A stretch of DNA of 64,000 nt from a bacterium (lineage in GTDB: Bacteria > Electryoneota > RPQS01), in contig JAHDVH010000001.1 of NCBI GenBank assembly GCA_023382385.1, forward strand, positions 900,850-964,849. The letters are read 5' to 3'. This document shows, piece after piece, positions 29,223 through 37,999 of this stretch. The notes under the pieces were generated by a model. That model ran no database searches. It saw nothing but the letters and a program-made list of their open reading frames with translations, and was not told the origin of the DNA. Both the position numbers and the translations under genes were made by a program. The stretch's first letter is position 1. Each line of letters opens with the position of its first letter.

Positions 29223-30676
29223 TTCCCCTCCCTGATTCGTCTTAACTCACGTGCCTTCCAGTCTTCCTTCACGTCGTTCCCGTCCGGAGCGATCACTTCT
29301 TCGATCGGGAGCTTGGCTTCAGCGGCGATTGTGCGGACGAGCTGCGATGCCTGCGTGTCGTCGATCCAGTTGTTCACGCGCCAAATCGCAACGACTTCGG
29401 ACATGCCCTTTGCAATTTCGACGATAAGCTTCTTGTCGTCCACGGCAATTGGCGGCGCCTTCACGGTGACGCCAAAGTCCGTTACGCCATCCAGTTCGCT
29501 GGTGAAAATGCGCTTCTGATCTACTGCAAATCCGGCGATGTCCTCCCAGAATTGCACGAACTGCTTCTGCCCCGACTCCATCATCTGGAAGAACGGGGAC
29601 ATCGTTTCGCGGGCGCTCGCCCACGTCGCTTCTTCCGCCTGTCCAAACACGACCGCTGGATTCCCGCTTCCAATCTGAATCAAGCTCTTGATCACCTTGC
29701 TGAACGTTTCAATGTCAGTTGCTTTGATGTCCGGCGAAATGAAGTCGAACTTGACCTTCTCGTTCGCGTAGGCCCAGGACGTTTCTTCGTTAGGGTTGAA
29801 GCGCCTGGGCGGCGGAATGTAATTAGCGGATTCGGGGTTGCGATACTCGTTCAATTGCTTTGGCGTCGCGCCTTCGACTGTGATCACGCCGACAATCGCG
29901 CTCTGGTCTTCGACGCGCTGCTTGTTGATCCACAGGATGTCTTCCAAACCCGCGCACCAATCGATGATTGGCAACAGCTCGGTGGTGCCGCGCTGAGAGC
30001 CGATCACGGTATTGAACTGCAGCAGCATCGCGCGGCCCGTTCTCTTGCCGAGAGTGTTGAGCGCCTTATTCCCGATCACGGCGCGTTGCTCGCCGTAGAA
30101 CTCGGGTATTCTCACCGCCGCATCGCCGCGTTCGTCCACGGTGACCAGCGGCAGATTGAAACGTCCGTCGACCGTCCGGATTTCGATGGACGTGGGTGTG
30201 TCTCCGTCGAACGGATCGAATTGTACTTTCTCGATGTTGAGCGGGTCCGCGAAGCCGAGCCGGACGTTTCCGGAGATCGTGTTAACGTTCGGAATCGCGA
30301 ACAATTCGCCGAATAGGTAAGCTTCCCGGGCTCGCTTCTTCATTTTCAGTCCGACTTTGTTCTGCGCAAGGAAAGCGTCCAAAGTCGCTTGAACCCGTTC
30401 GTCTTTTGCTTCGAAGGTGAGACCAGAGCCAATGACGTAGTTCACCCAAATCTCGGTAATGCGTTTCACGATCGGATTGTACAGCCATGCCTTGTAGACG
30501 CGGTCGTTCGTTTCGTAAATCTGCATCGCGGTGATGTCGCGCTGAAGCGTATATCCGCTTTGCCCGAGCCTGATCCAGCGGCTGGAACTCGAGCTTTCCT
30601 TCACGTGAATCGCGGCTGGTCTGTCCGCTCGTCTGATTTCAATTCCAAAGAGTCTCATGTTACCACTTTCTGCCAT
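29219..30676 (-). CDS. portal protein
   Basis: 485 aa immediately downstream of large terminase. An alternative start is ATG 30658. Confidence 0.7.
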   Translation of the reverse strand: MAESGNMRLFGIEIRRADRPAAIHVKESSSSSRWIRLGQSGYTLQRDITAMQIYETNDRVYKAWLYNPIVKRITEIWVNYVIGSGLTFEAKDERVQATLDAFLAQNKVGLKMKKRAREAYLFGELFAIPNVNTISGNVRLGFADPLNIEKVQFDPFDGDTPTSIEIRTVDGRFNLPLVTVDERGDAAVRIPEFYGEQRAVIGNKALNTLGKRTGRAMLLQFNTVIGSQRGTTELLPIIDWCAGLEDILWINKQRVEDQSAIVGVITVEGATPKQLNEYRNPESANYIPPPRRFNPNEETSWAYANEKVKFDFISPDIKATDIETFSKVIKSLIQIGSGNPAVVFGQAEEATWASARETMSPFFQMMESGQKQFVQFWEDIAGFAVDQKRIFTSELDGVTDFGVTVKAPPIAVDDKKLIVEIAKGMSEVVAIWRVNNWIDDTQASQLVRTIAAEAKLPIEEVIAPDGNDVKEDWKARELRRIREGK

Positions 30677-32207
30677 GCCGGCTGCGGTTAATTGACTGAC
30701 TGCGTAAGGGCGTTCGCTCCTGCCCCGGAGGATCGTTCAAAGCGTACGCCGCAGCGGAGTCTTCTGTTGCAAGGGAGTAAACTGTGGCGTCCGCTCGATC
30801 CGGTGAACGGCCAAGCCGTTTCACGACTTGTTCCTTGTTTTCCATCTTGATTCGCGGCGGTACTCCGGTGGTTTCTGAGCATATCGGAAGCGCAAGTTCT
30901 TCGGCAAGCAGTTCATCGCGCGGCAGGACGTGCCGCTCGGCTTCCGGCTTGTCTGGATTCAAGCATTCGCGCATTGTCCAGTAGAGTTCGGTGCGCCGAT
31001 TCGTGAAGCCGAAGTCGCCGGTCTGATTCTGCCGATGCGAAGACTCAGCGCCTTTCACTTTCGTGACGTCGATACCAGCGTCAGTCAGATTATCTCCGAC
31101 GCCCATTCCAATTCCGGTAACGTCTACAGCGATTCTGTAACCGCGCTGATGCCGAATCGCGGCCATACCGACAATTTCCTGAGTCGTGAGACCGTGATGC
31201 GTTTCGAGTGGCAGATGCAAGGTTCCGATACGCGGCGCGAGAATCGTGTCGTCTTCGCCGGTGCCGGCCACGTCGATGCCCAACGACTTGTAGCCTGGCC
31301 AGCGTTCTGCCAAGACTTCAGCAGCCTGCTCTTCCGAGAGTCTGCGGTCTTGTTCGCGCACTTCTTCGATCAGCTCATCCCAACGCTGCATCGCCTTCTC
31401 AATCCATGACAGCGGAATCATCGCGTTATCGGAGGACAGCGGGAATTCCGCCATGACTCGTGAGCGGTAGAGCTGTGAATTCTCGCCCCACTTGGTGCGT
31501 TTTTCTGAAACCCACTCATGGCTGACCATGCCCGGGACAACCTGTTTTTTCAGAACCACATTCGGCGTGTCAAAGGCCGTGATCACGATTTTGCTCCAAT
31601 CGAACGCCTTGAAGAGTCCGGCGTAATGACTGAGCGGATCAATGGCGTTGCCAATAGCGGCGATCCGGTCATCACTACCGACAGCCAGGCGTTCCGCCAG
31701 TTCGAAGATCGCGGCTCGGATTCCCGAAGCTTCGTCCAGCGCCACGAACACGTTTTCTCCATGATAGCCCTGGATTGCGGACTCGTTGCGCTGTGAGGCA
31801 GGCAGACCGACCGCGAACCACTTCGGACCGAGCTGAAGACGATTCTGCAGCGGTTTCCCGCCAAGCAGGATTTTCGCGTTCTGGTGAAGCGAATTGATTT
31901 CCGCCCAGAGCAGGTCGCGAACTTGTCTCATGGTCGGCGCGGTGGTGATCACGCGCGAATTGTGTCTCGTGTAGAGAAACCACAGCGCGATGCAAGCGAG
32001 GTAGAACGTCTTCGCCGACCCGTAGCAGCCGCGCGCGGCAGTCTTGCGATTTCGCGCAACGGACCAGATGAACTCCAGCGCTTTGGGAAACAGATTGCGA
32101 ACGCCCAGGATGTCCCAGATGAACGCTTCGGGATCGTCCCGGTACTGTGCTTCGCATTCCTTCAGCGGCTGATTGCGAAAGACGAGAATGTCAGCGCGTT
32201 TACTCAA
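30660..32207 (-). CDS. terL: terminase large subunit
   Basis: Walker A-like GCYGSAKT, Walker B VFVALDEAS, nuclease-domain LGIDVAGTGEDDT. 515 aa upstream of portal. Confidence 0.8.
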   Translation of the reverse strand: MSKRADILVFRNQPLKECEAQYRDDPEAFIWDILGVRNLFPKALEFIWSVARNRKTAARGCYGSAKTFYLACIALWFLYTRHNSRVITTAPTMRQVRDLLWAEINSLHQNAKILLGGKPLQNRLQLGPKWFAVGLPASQRNESAIQGYHGENVFVALDEASGIRAAIFELAERLAVGSDDRIAAIGNAIDPLSHYAGLFKAFDWSKIVITAFDTPNVVLKKQVVPGMVSHEWVSEKRTKWGENSQLYRSRVMAEFPLSSDNAMIPLSWIEKAMQRWDELIEEVREQDRRLSEEQAAEVLAERWPGYKSLGIDVAGTGEDDTILAPRIGTLHLPLETHHGLTTQEIVGMAAIRHQRGYRIAVDVTGIGMGVGDNLTDAGIDVTKVKGAESSHRQNQTGDFGFTNRRTELYWTMRECLNPDKPEAERHVLPRDELLAEELALPICSETTGVPPRIKMENKEQVVKRLGRSPDRADATVYSLATEDSAAAYALNDPPGQERTPLRSQSINRSRHGRKW

Positions 32208-32463
32208 AGAGCGTGAACTTCACTTCGATTAAATTCTCAGACACTGCTTCTGCGGTTACATTCCCGCGCACAGTACCGACGTAGTTACGGCCGGCGAAGG
32301 TCACGGCAAACAGCTCACGCGATTCCCAAGCATCCTGCAGCGCCTTAAATCCGGCTTCGGTACAGGTCGCGATCACGCAGTAGCTCGCCGCGTCGTCGTC
32401 GAACGGGAACCCGTCCTCGGTGCGCAGTTCGAGCGAGGTGACGCGCAGGTCGTCATCGCTCAT
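32200..32463 (-). CDS. hypothetical protein
   Basis: Start moved to ATG 32463 (MSDDDLRV...), giving only an 11-nt overlap with the upstream stop. Confidence 0.4.
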   Translation of the reverse strand: MSDDDLRVTSLELRTEDGFPFDDDAASYCVIATCTEAGFKALQDAWESRELFAVTFAGRNYVGTVRGNVTAEAVSENLIEVKFTLFE

Positions 32464-33088
32464 GGTTCGTGACTTCCGTGAAGTCTGCCGATTCAACGCT
32501 TCTCGACTTTGCACGATCGCTCTGCTGTGCAATAGCTTCCGCGAACGTCATGCGGAACGCGTCACCGCCGCCGGCAACGCCTTCTGGCCCGATCACGTTA
32601 TGCAGTTCCAGCAGCACGCGTGCGCAATCGCGGCGAGTGCGGTGATCCGGTGCAGCTGCGTAGTCCCAGATCCCGCCCGGGTATTCGATGCGCTTGATCG
32701 TCTCGGCCTTCAGTCCCTGCTTCAGCGCTTCGGTGGCAATCGCGATGCCCGCGCCCTGGATTTCCAGAATCAGCGTGAGCAGACCTTTCGCCTTCAGTCG
32801 AGACAGAATCGTCTTCCCGCTAACGTGTGCCGAGACGGGCGGCGCGTTAGGATTCAAGCAGAGATACGCCTGCGCTGCGGTTCGCGGACCGCGATGCTTC
32901 GGGCTGACGCCGCAATAGGCGAGCAGGAACTTCACCTCCGTGTCGCTAAGTTCCGGAAGCTGCTGATTGCCCGCTATGGCCAGAAGTTTTGAGTCGTTCG
33001 GCGTACCGTTCACGGATGTTGTGTCTTGTTTCAAGTTCAGTGAGTAGGCTGCGGCATTCGTCGTTCCAATGCGGCTCGCAATCGCCAT
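32453..33088 (-). CDS. putative terminase small subunit
   Basis: 211 aa upstream of terL. Terminase_2-like HTH stretch LSDTEVKFLLAYCGVSPKHRGPRTAAQAYL. The N-terminus overlaps the preceding ORF, so the start is uncertain. Confidence 0.45.
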   Translation of the reverse strand: MAIASRIGTTNAAAYSLNLKQDTTSVNGTPNDSKLLAIAGNQQLPELSDTEVKFLLAYCGVSPKHRGPRTAAQAYLCLNPNAPPVSAHVSGKTILSRLKAKGLLTLILEIQGAGIAIATEALKQGLKAETIKRIEYPGGIWDYAAAPDHRTRRDCARVLLELHNVIGPEGVAGGGDAFRMTFAEAIAQQSDRAKSRSVESADFTEVTNHER

Positions 33089-33221
33089 TCTGCCAATTCC
33101 AAATCGTTCTCTCCGAGCAACGAAGCGTCAACGCAAGACGTGATCTGCTCCAGCTCAGCACGAGTAATACGCGATCAATTCGCGCTTTCCATGACTCATT
33201 TAATCCTTCCGTTTCAATCAC
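32946..33221 (-). CDS. XRE/Cro-like HTH protein
   Basis: WSRSRLALTLRCSERTIWNWQNG helix-turn-helix. The 3' ~140 nt overlap the terS ORF in another frame, so the true end or start of one of them is uncertain. Confidence 0.4.
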   Translation of the reverse strand: MIETEGLNESWKARIDRVLLVLSWSRSRLALTLRCSERTIWNWQNGDCEPHWNDECRSLLTELETRHNIRERYAERLKTSGHSGQSAASGT

Positions 33222-33247
33222 TTAGTTTTAACGTCTGAGTTTCAGAG

Positions 33248-33649
33248 TTACCAGCGGCGCTGCTTCTGGTTTCTAACAGACTGTTCTTGAGGTTTTTGCA
33301 TCAGAATCGCAGGAGCGTTATCAGGCAGTTCGGGTTCACCGCGTTCAGCGGCTTCGAAGAGTCTAAGTCGTTCATCAGCGGCAACGAAGTTCTTGGGTTC
33401 GATCCAGTATCGTCGCAGTCGAAGAATGCCGTTCCATTCGGCAATGCCTTGGTTCAGGAATTTCCTGAGGGCTTTTCCGACCAGTGTTTGAAAGTGCCTC
33501 AGTGGTTCGCCTGTGAGACTTGGCTCGAGGATCCGTGCAACCTCTCCGGGTGCGAACTCCCGGAGAGGATTATCACGGAGCAGCTTAAGCACGCGGTGAT
33601 ACGTTTTATCCGCGTGAGAGCGGCGGTCAGGAGAAGCGCGCCAGGGCAT
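33248..33649 (-). CDS. hypothetical protein (winged-helix-like)
   Basis: 133-aa ORF in the operon. Confidence 0.4.
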   Translation of the reverse strand: MPWRASPDRRSHADKTYHRVLKLLRDNPLREFAPGEVARILEPSLTGEPLRHFQTLVGKALRKFLNQGIAEWNGILRLRRYWIEPKNFVAADERLRLFEAAERGEPELPDNAPAILMQKPQEQSVRNQKQRRW

Positions 33650-33944
33650 TGCTGATCAGGGTTTTCTTTTCGCCAAGGCTTCTGGTGTCTTCGAGCAGGG
33701 CCTTCAGGATGCCGCAGAAGTCACGTTTGAGCAGGGTATCGGCGAGTTCGACGGCTTGGTCATCTGTCAGCGAGTGTTCAGGTTCAGGCGGCTCCTGTGA
33801 GGCCAGAATCAGCAGGTCTTCGGCTGCCTGGGCGATGTCGTCGGGGTTGGTGAAGTCAAGCGGCGGCTCATGGACTTCGGCCATGTACTTTTGCAAGGCT
33901 TCCGAGGCCTCATGGTTGAGTAGCTGCGGTATTTCTGCTTTCAT
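33627..33944 (-). CDS. hypothetical acidic protein
   Basis: 105 aa, with a 4-nt overlap with the upstream gene. Confidence 0.4.
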   Translation of the reverse strand: MKAEIPQLLNHEASEALQKYMAEVHEPPLDFTNPDDIAQAAEDLLILASQEPPEPEHSLTDDQAVELADTLLKRDFCGILKALLEDTRSLGEKKTLISNALARFS

Positions 33945-34852
33945 GTGTGTTCCTTTCGTGCTTTGGTTTCGGATTGAATTTGCTTGCGGATCCAGCCTAC
34001 CGGGTTAGCGAGTCCTGGTTGACCGTCCGCGACGTTCAGTCGGCCATCGGTTTTCGTAGCCTGCAGTTGGTCGAGAATCCAGTCGAGTTCAGCGGGTGAG
34101 CCGTGCAGGGACAGGTCGAAGCGAATGCCTGCTCGGTCGTTTTCGGACAGCTTGCCGAGGAGTTGTTCAGCCCGATCGGTGAAGTCGAGCATGGCTTCGA
34201 GCTTCGGGTCGGGTGGGTATCTGCCGTTTGGTTTGGGAATCTCGGACAGGGTTCTTTGAACCGGCGATGTCGGTGCCTCGCGCGCACGCGCGCGCTTCGG
34301 AGCAACGCTTACAACGCCAGTTGTAAGCGTTTTACTTTCTGAAGCAGAATTACCATTACAATTACCATTCTGAAGTTGGGTTCCGCTGGATTCTTCCATA
34401 ACCGGAAGCACAACGGGGGTTTTGTGCTGTTTGCTTCCGTTGAACTTGCCGGAATCGTCTTTCATTGGTTCGTAGGCTTCAGCGGTCTTCTGTCCACCCT
34501 TGGCTCCGGCAACCCGCCTATTGTGGATAAACTCGGCCAGAGGTTGATGGATAAACCAGTCCTTTACTTCACATTCTGGAGTCAAGAATCCGGCTTTTTG
34601 AAGTGCCAGAATCATTGCGACCCCCGGTCCCTGATAGTAACAGTAGTCGGCAATAATCTCGGCGTTTTCTGGGTCGATCACAGGTTCGAACGCGTGATTT
34701 GCAGCGACGTACTGAATGAACCTCACGAGGTGCAGATACGCCAATCCTTCGGATAGTCCGAGCGTTCGTTTGAACAATGTGAACTTCGGATTGTCGTGAA
34801 TGTCTATCGCGATGTTGAATCGGTCAACCCCGTTCCGCCTGGGCCGTGCCAT
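33941..34852 (-). CDS. DUF4373-like phage replication initiation / replisome organiser protein
   Basis: N-terminus RFNIAIDIHDNPKFTLFKRTLGLSEGLAYLHLVRFIQYV resembles the Lin1244/DUF4373 N-terminal domain. Confidence 0.4.
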   Translation of the reverse strand: MARPRRNGVDRFNIAIDIHDNPKFTLFKRTLGLSEGLAYLHLVRFIQYVAANHAFEPVIDPENAEIIADYCYYQGPGVAMILALQKAGFLTPECEVKDWFIHQPLAEFIHNRRVAGAKGGQKTAEAYEPMKDDSGKFNGSKQHKTPVVLPVMEESSGTQLQNGNCNGNSASESKTLTTGVVSVAPKRARAREAPTSPVQRTLSEIPKPNGRYPPDPKLEAMLDFTDRAEQLLGKLSENDRAGIRFDLSLHGSPAELDWILDQLQATKTDGRLNVADGQPGLANPVGWIRKQIQSETKARKEHT

Positions 34853-34855
34853 TGG

Positions 34856-35137
34856 TTATATCTCCTGTGCAGCCATGATCCGCACGTAGTCGGTGATAAA
34901 AATGTCTTCCCTGACTATCGTATTGCGTGCCTGTTCAATGAATCCGGCGATGAGCGTCAAATCGTCCTTCCGGTGGCAAGAGATACAGATGAGCGGCGAG
35001 AACGTCCGTCCGGAGACGCGCACGTAAACGACGTAACACGGCATGGCGAATGTCAGTTGGTGGCCGCAGCATTTGCAAGGTTCCGTGGACCGCGCATGTT
35101 CCTTGCGAAAACGGCTCGATAACGTGATGTTTGTCAT
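34856..35137 (-). CDS. Cys-rich small protein coupled to the Tlde1-like gene
   Basis: Start ATG 35137 forms an ATGA overlap with the upstream stop. 93 aa with CKCCGH...C...CISCH cysteine cluster. Confidence 0.45.
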   Translation of the reverse strand: MTNITLSSRFRKEHARSTEPCKCCGHQLTFAMPCYVVYVRVSGRTFSPLICISCHRKDDLTLIAGFIEQARNTIVREDIFITDYVRIMAAQEI

Positions 35138-35595
35138 TGGTAATACACGTAGAGAGGTAACCTGTTTTGACCATGTGAGAGCTGTGTCAATGCCCAATAC
35201 ACGAATTGAGCGAAGTGTAAGCGATCTGCGATCACAATACATCCGGCTGATCCGGGCACATTTGCGTCTCGGTGAATCCCGAAGCCAGACCGTGACCGAT
35301 GACCGTCTGGATGCCGTAGTTCAACAGGATAGATACGGAAGAAGTCTCCTTCTATTCCCTTTGCTTCCTTCGGTTCAGGAAGCATCGATACCGTGTATCT
35401 CTCATAAGGTGGAATCGGCCCTTTACCTGCGTCCCAGAGGTTTGCCTGCGACTGATAGCCCATAAGTCCGCTCGTTGCAGGTAGAATGATACCGGAACCG
35501 TCAGACCCATAGCACTCCACGCGGCCCTGAGCCAAGCGGTCACAGCCCAACGCCTCAAGGTGCATGTAGAATTCAATTCTCGGAATGCTACTCAT
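35134..35595 (-). CDS. Tlde1/DUF2778-like L,D-transpeptidase-fold protein
   Basis: GKGPIPPYERYTV and FRIYPV...SGFGIHRDANVPGSAGCIVI match the DUF2778 pattern (GPIPpG.Y ... fr.hP ... IH ... gSaGCI). No signal peptide. Confidence 0.6.
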   Translation of the reverse strand: MSSIPRIEFYMHLEALGCDRLAQGRVECYGSDGSGIILPATSGLMGYQSQANLWDAGKGPIPPYERYTVSMLPEPKEAKGIEGDFFRIYPVELRHPDGHRSRSGFGIHRDANVPGSAGCIVIADRLHFAQFVYWALTQLSHGQNRLPLYVYYQ

Positions 35596-36046
35596 GGCCT
35601 TGAACTTCAGTCGTTACGTCTTCGTCCGGGTGCAAAAGCGGAAGAGCCTCCTGACGTGGATCCACCTCGTCCGCAGCGCTGCTCATTTCATCCAGCAGAA
35701 GCAACCGTGCAGAGTTCAGATAGGCCGCAACTTGTCGGCCCTTCGGCACTCGCTTGATGTGCTTTTCAATCCGGTCAGTCAGCTCGCACAAATCAGCATA
35801 GACCTCGTACGTCGTAAACGCGGATTGTGCCGCGGCGCCGTTGTTCCGCTCTTCAACGCCCTGGTTGTGCGCTTCAATCTTCTCGCTGTCCGTGCGCCGG
35901 TCCATCGTTGGGCCGTACTTCTTATGCACGGTGCAGAGCAAGTGTCCGTTAATCTCTTCAACAGCCGGCTTGCAGCATCTCTGCGGCGACTGTCCGTTCC
36001 TGCTTTTGGTCTCATACTGACAAAGACCGATTGGTGCAGAATTCAT
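35588..36046 (-). CDS. hypothetical protein
   Basis: 152-aa ORF with an 8-nt overlap with the downstream gene. Confidence 0.4.
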   Translation of the reverse strand: MNSAPIGLCQYETKSRNGQSPQRCCKPAVEEINGHLLCTVHKKYGPTMDRRTDSEKIEAHNQGVEERNNGAAAQSAFTTYEVYADLCELTDRIEKHIKRVPKGRQVAAYLNSARLLLLDEMSSAADEVDPRQEALPLLHPDEDVTTEVQGHE

Positions 36047-36064
36047 GTTCGTTCCTTCCGTGGG

Positions 36065-36481
36065 TTAGTTGTGCAATGCGTATTCGAGTAATAAAAGCGC
36101 ATCAGCAAGATTGTCGTTCGTGACCTCACCTGCGCGCTCTTTCATTTCTGACTTATCGGCCCTACCGTTGCCGGTTGCCCACTTCTTCAGGGTTGCGGCA
36201 GGAATCATCTTAACGGGAATGCCGCGACCAGTCGCATAGAGTTCGACCACCGCACCGAATCCATGAAGCAGCCGCTTACCCTTGCCCATGCCGATCAAGA
36301 CTTCATGAACAATCAGGTCGCACTTTCCCTGTGCAACCAGAAACCGCAGCAACTTCTCAAGACTTGCGCCGGGCCTTTGATTCGGCCCACGAGTGCAGTC
36401 GATTAGTCCGTAGCGCGGGAAAGGCCCGAAATTCCGAGCGAACGCGCCGTTCATGCCAATATCCAAGGCCAGTATCTTCAC
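36065..36481 (-). CDS. RuvC-like Holliday junction resolvase
   Basis: MKILALDIGMNG N-terminal catalytic Asp context and C-terminal ADALLLLEYAL, with RuvC-typical size. Confidence 0.5.
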   Translation of the reverse strand: MKILALDIGMNGAFARNFGPFPRYGLIDCTRGPNQRPGASLEKLLRFLVAQGKCDLIVHEVLIGMGKGKRLLHGFGAVVELYATGRGIPVKMIPAATLKKWATGNGRADKSEMKERAGEVTNDNLADALLLLEYALHN

Positions 36482-36702
36482 CGCTTCCTTCGCACTGCTT
36501 GAGTTGGCGCCGGAGGTGCGGGCGGTGTAAGCTCATACTCATACGGGGACGAAGGCATGACATACTCTGTGACACGCCCACTCTTTACATACTCCTGAAG
36601 CTGCGGCCACACCTCGCCTTGACCCATGCCGGTCTCCCTGAGCAGGCTGATGAAGTCAATCCTTCCGTGCTTCTTGATCGTGGACAGAATCAGGAAGCTC
36701 AT
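36478..36702 (-). CDS. small winged-helix protein
   Basis: 74 aa. ILSTIKKHGRIDFISLLRETGMGQGEVWPQLQEYVKSGRV. Confidence 0.4.
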   Translation of the reverse strand: MSFLILSTIKKHGRIDFISLLRETGMGQGEVWPQLQEYVKSGRVTEYVMPSSPYEYELTPPAPPAPTQAVRRKR

Positions 36703-37091
36703 GCGAACATCGTTGCTTGGCCGTTGGCAGCATAGACAGGAGCTTTCAGTTTCTCTTCAAGGTCTGATAGGTGGTTCAGCATATCCTTCGCGCGTTCAGC
36801 TTCGGCTTCAGCGTGGGCCTGCATCTTTTTGGCTGCGTGCTCTAAGAGCTTCAGGTCGGCTTCACGGGCCTTCGGAATCCAATAACCGCGGCGCCCAGGG
36901 CCCGACACAATCAGTCGGCCTTGCGCTTTCAGTTCAGTATTGAGAAGATTGATCTCATCCTGAATGTCCCGAACATGCAACCGCTTTCCTGTCTGCTCGA
37001 ACAGCAATTCAACAATGTCTTCGCGCGAAAGCGGTGAGTCGCTGTCACGAGATTCCAGATACCGCAGAATATGTTCGCCAAGCAACGTCAC
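36699..37091 (-). CDS. hypothetical winged-helix / coiled-coil protein
   Basis: 130 aa, GTG start 2 nt after the upstream stop. Confidence 0.4.
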   Translation of the reverse strand: MTLLGEHILRYLESRDSDSPLSREDIVELLFEQTGKRLHVRDIQDEINLLNTELKAQGRLIVSGPGRRGYWIPKAREADLKLLEHAAKKMQAHAEAEAERAKDMLNHLSDLEEKLKAPVYAANGQATMFA

Positions 37092-37093
37092 GA

Positions 37094-37246
37094 TCAGAGT
37101 CGTTCAACAGAATCCAGATAGTGACGAAGCGCACGCTGATTGCGAACCTTGCGCAGATACCAACGATTGTAGCGAGGCCTGCGCAAAAGCGCGACGTGAA
37201 GGCCGTACAACAACAGCGCGAACCAGATGAGGAGGAATGGATTCAT
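37094..37246 (-). CDS. small membrane protein (50 aa, below track cutoff)
   Basis: MNPFLLIWFALLLYGLHVALLRRPRYNRWYLRKVRNQRALRHYLDSVERL. ATG lies 1 nt after the upstream stop. Confidence 0.35.
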   Translation of the reverse strand: MNPFLLIWFALLLYGLHVALLRRPRYNRWYLRKVRNQRALRHYLDSVERL

Positions 37247-37247
37247 G

Positions 37248-37586
37248 TTATAACCCCAACTTCTGGAGGTTAGCTTTCCCGAAATTCAGCCAATGTCCCG
37301 TTGTTGACTGAACGTGCGTTTGTCCACATTGGCGGCAAACGCGACCACGCGGGGCCTTTTCCCACACGGTCTTTCGTCCTATAGTTAGAAAGCCCCATCT
37401 ATCCCAAATCTTTACATGCCGTTTTTTGCTGTCGCGTGTGAACGGGCCAACAAAGTCGTGGCGGCCAGTTGCACAAAGCGCGTTGGAATGGCCTGTCAGG
37501 GCTTTGCGCTTGGGTTCAGGAAATACTCCTTGCGACTTCATGAAGCGCAAGTATCTGCGCTTGAACTTTTCCCGCTTCTCACTCAT
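37248..37586 (-). CDS. hypothetical basic protein
   Basis: Start set to ATG 37586 (MSEKREKF...) with GGAAGG 7 nt upstream. Confidence 0.4.
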   Translation of the reverse strand: MSEKREKFKRRYLRFMKSQGVFPEPKRKALTGHSNALCATGRHDFVGPFTRDSKKRHVKIWDRWGFLTIGRKTVWEKAPRGRVCRQCGQTHVQSTTGHWLNFGKANLQKLGL

Positions 37587-37999
37587 GTTATAACCTTCCG
37601 TATGGTACTCTAACAATGCAAATCATATAGCAGAATTCGGCGAGGGTAGAGTGCACCGCAACTTGTAAGGATTCCTTGACAGTTGCGGCTACTCCGCCCG
37701 TGAGGGTGCCGTCTCAAGAGCTATATTTGTAGCCGGGGCCGGTCGTGAGTGCGACCTCCGGTTGTCGTCTATGTGACGGAACGTGACCGGCCCCGGCCTT
37801 AGAACTTCCTCCGCCCTTTGCTCGTGCTCCAGCACAAAGCGCCGGGCGGTAGAAATTCTCCCTTGCGCACGGGGCAGGAAGGAGTATGCCACAAACCAAC
37901 CCACCCCGCCGCTGAGGGAAACGTCGGCTTCCTTGCTGTCCCGACTGGCGCACGTGTCTTCTTTTATAGCGCATTCACGTTCGCGCTTCACCTGAGCAG
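37587..37999 (-). other. 413-nt GC-rich structured non-coding gap (candidate ncRNA, ori or regulatory element)
   Basis: Largest non-coding gap in an otherwise overlap-packed operon. Perfect 13-bp inverted repeat gccggggccggtc (37732-37744)/gaccggccccggc (37785-37797). Near-repeat CCGCCCGTGAGGG (37694-37706) and CCGCCGCTGAGGG (37906-37918). Confidence 0.4.

Noticed and set aside
32946-33088. Possible second programmed frameshift joining the XRE-like ORF to the small terminase ORF
   Set aside because: No slippery heptamer was seen in the overlap, and both ORFs have their own start codons and their own HTH-like segments. It is more likely ordinary overlap with a mis-assigned start.
37244-37596. 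Identical 13-nt string tcatgttataacc at 37243-37255 and 37583-37595 (mRNA GGUUAUAACAUGA at two consecutive gene starts)
   Set aside because: It is probably a duplicated translation-initiation context (stop TAA plus ATG) rather than a mobile or regulatory repeat. It is too short to interpret further.
37905-37925. Hammerhead-ribozyme-like string CUGAGGGAAAC
   Set aside because: It lacks the CUGAUGA core spelling and has no room for stem II between the CUGA and GAAA boxes. It also recurs as part of a 13-nt near-repeat, so it is better explained as a repeat or binding site.
37689-37991. 100-aa GTG-started minus-strand ORF filling the non-coding gap after the recombinase gene
   Set aside because: The translation is Arg/Ser/Pro/Ala-rich low complexity (…RRSHSRPAPATNIALETAPSRAE). 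It spans a perfect 13-bp GC inverted repeat and has no SD. It is more likely a by-product of GC-rich structured DNA. This is not excluded without homologue comparison.
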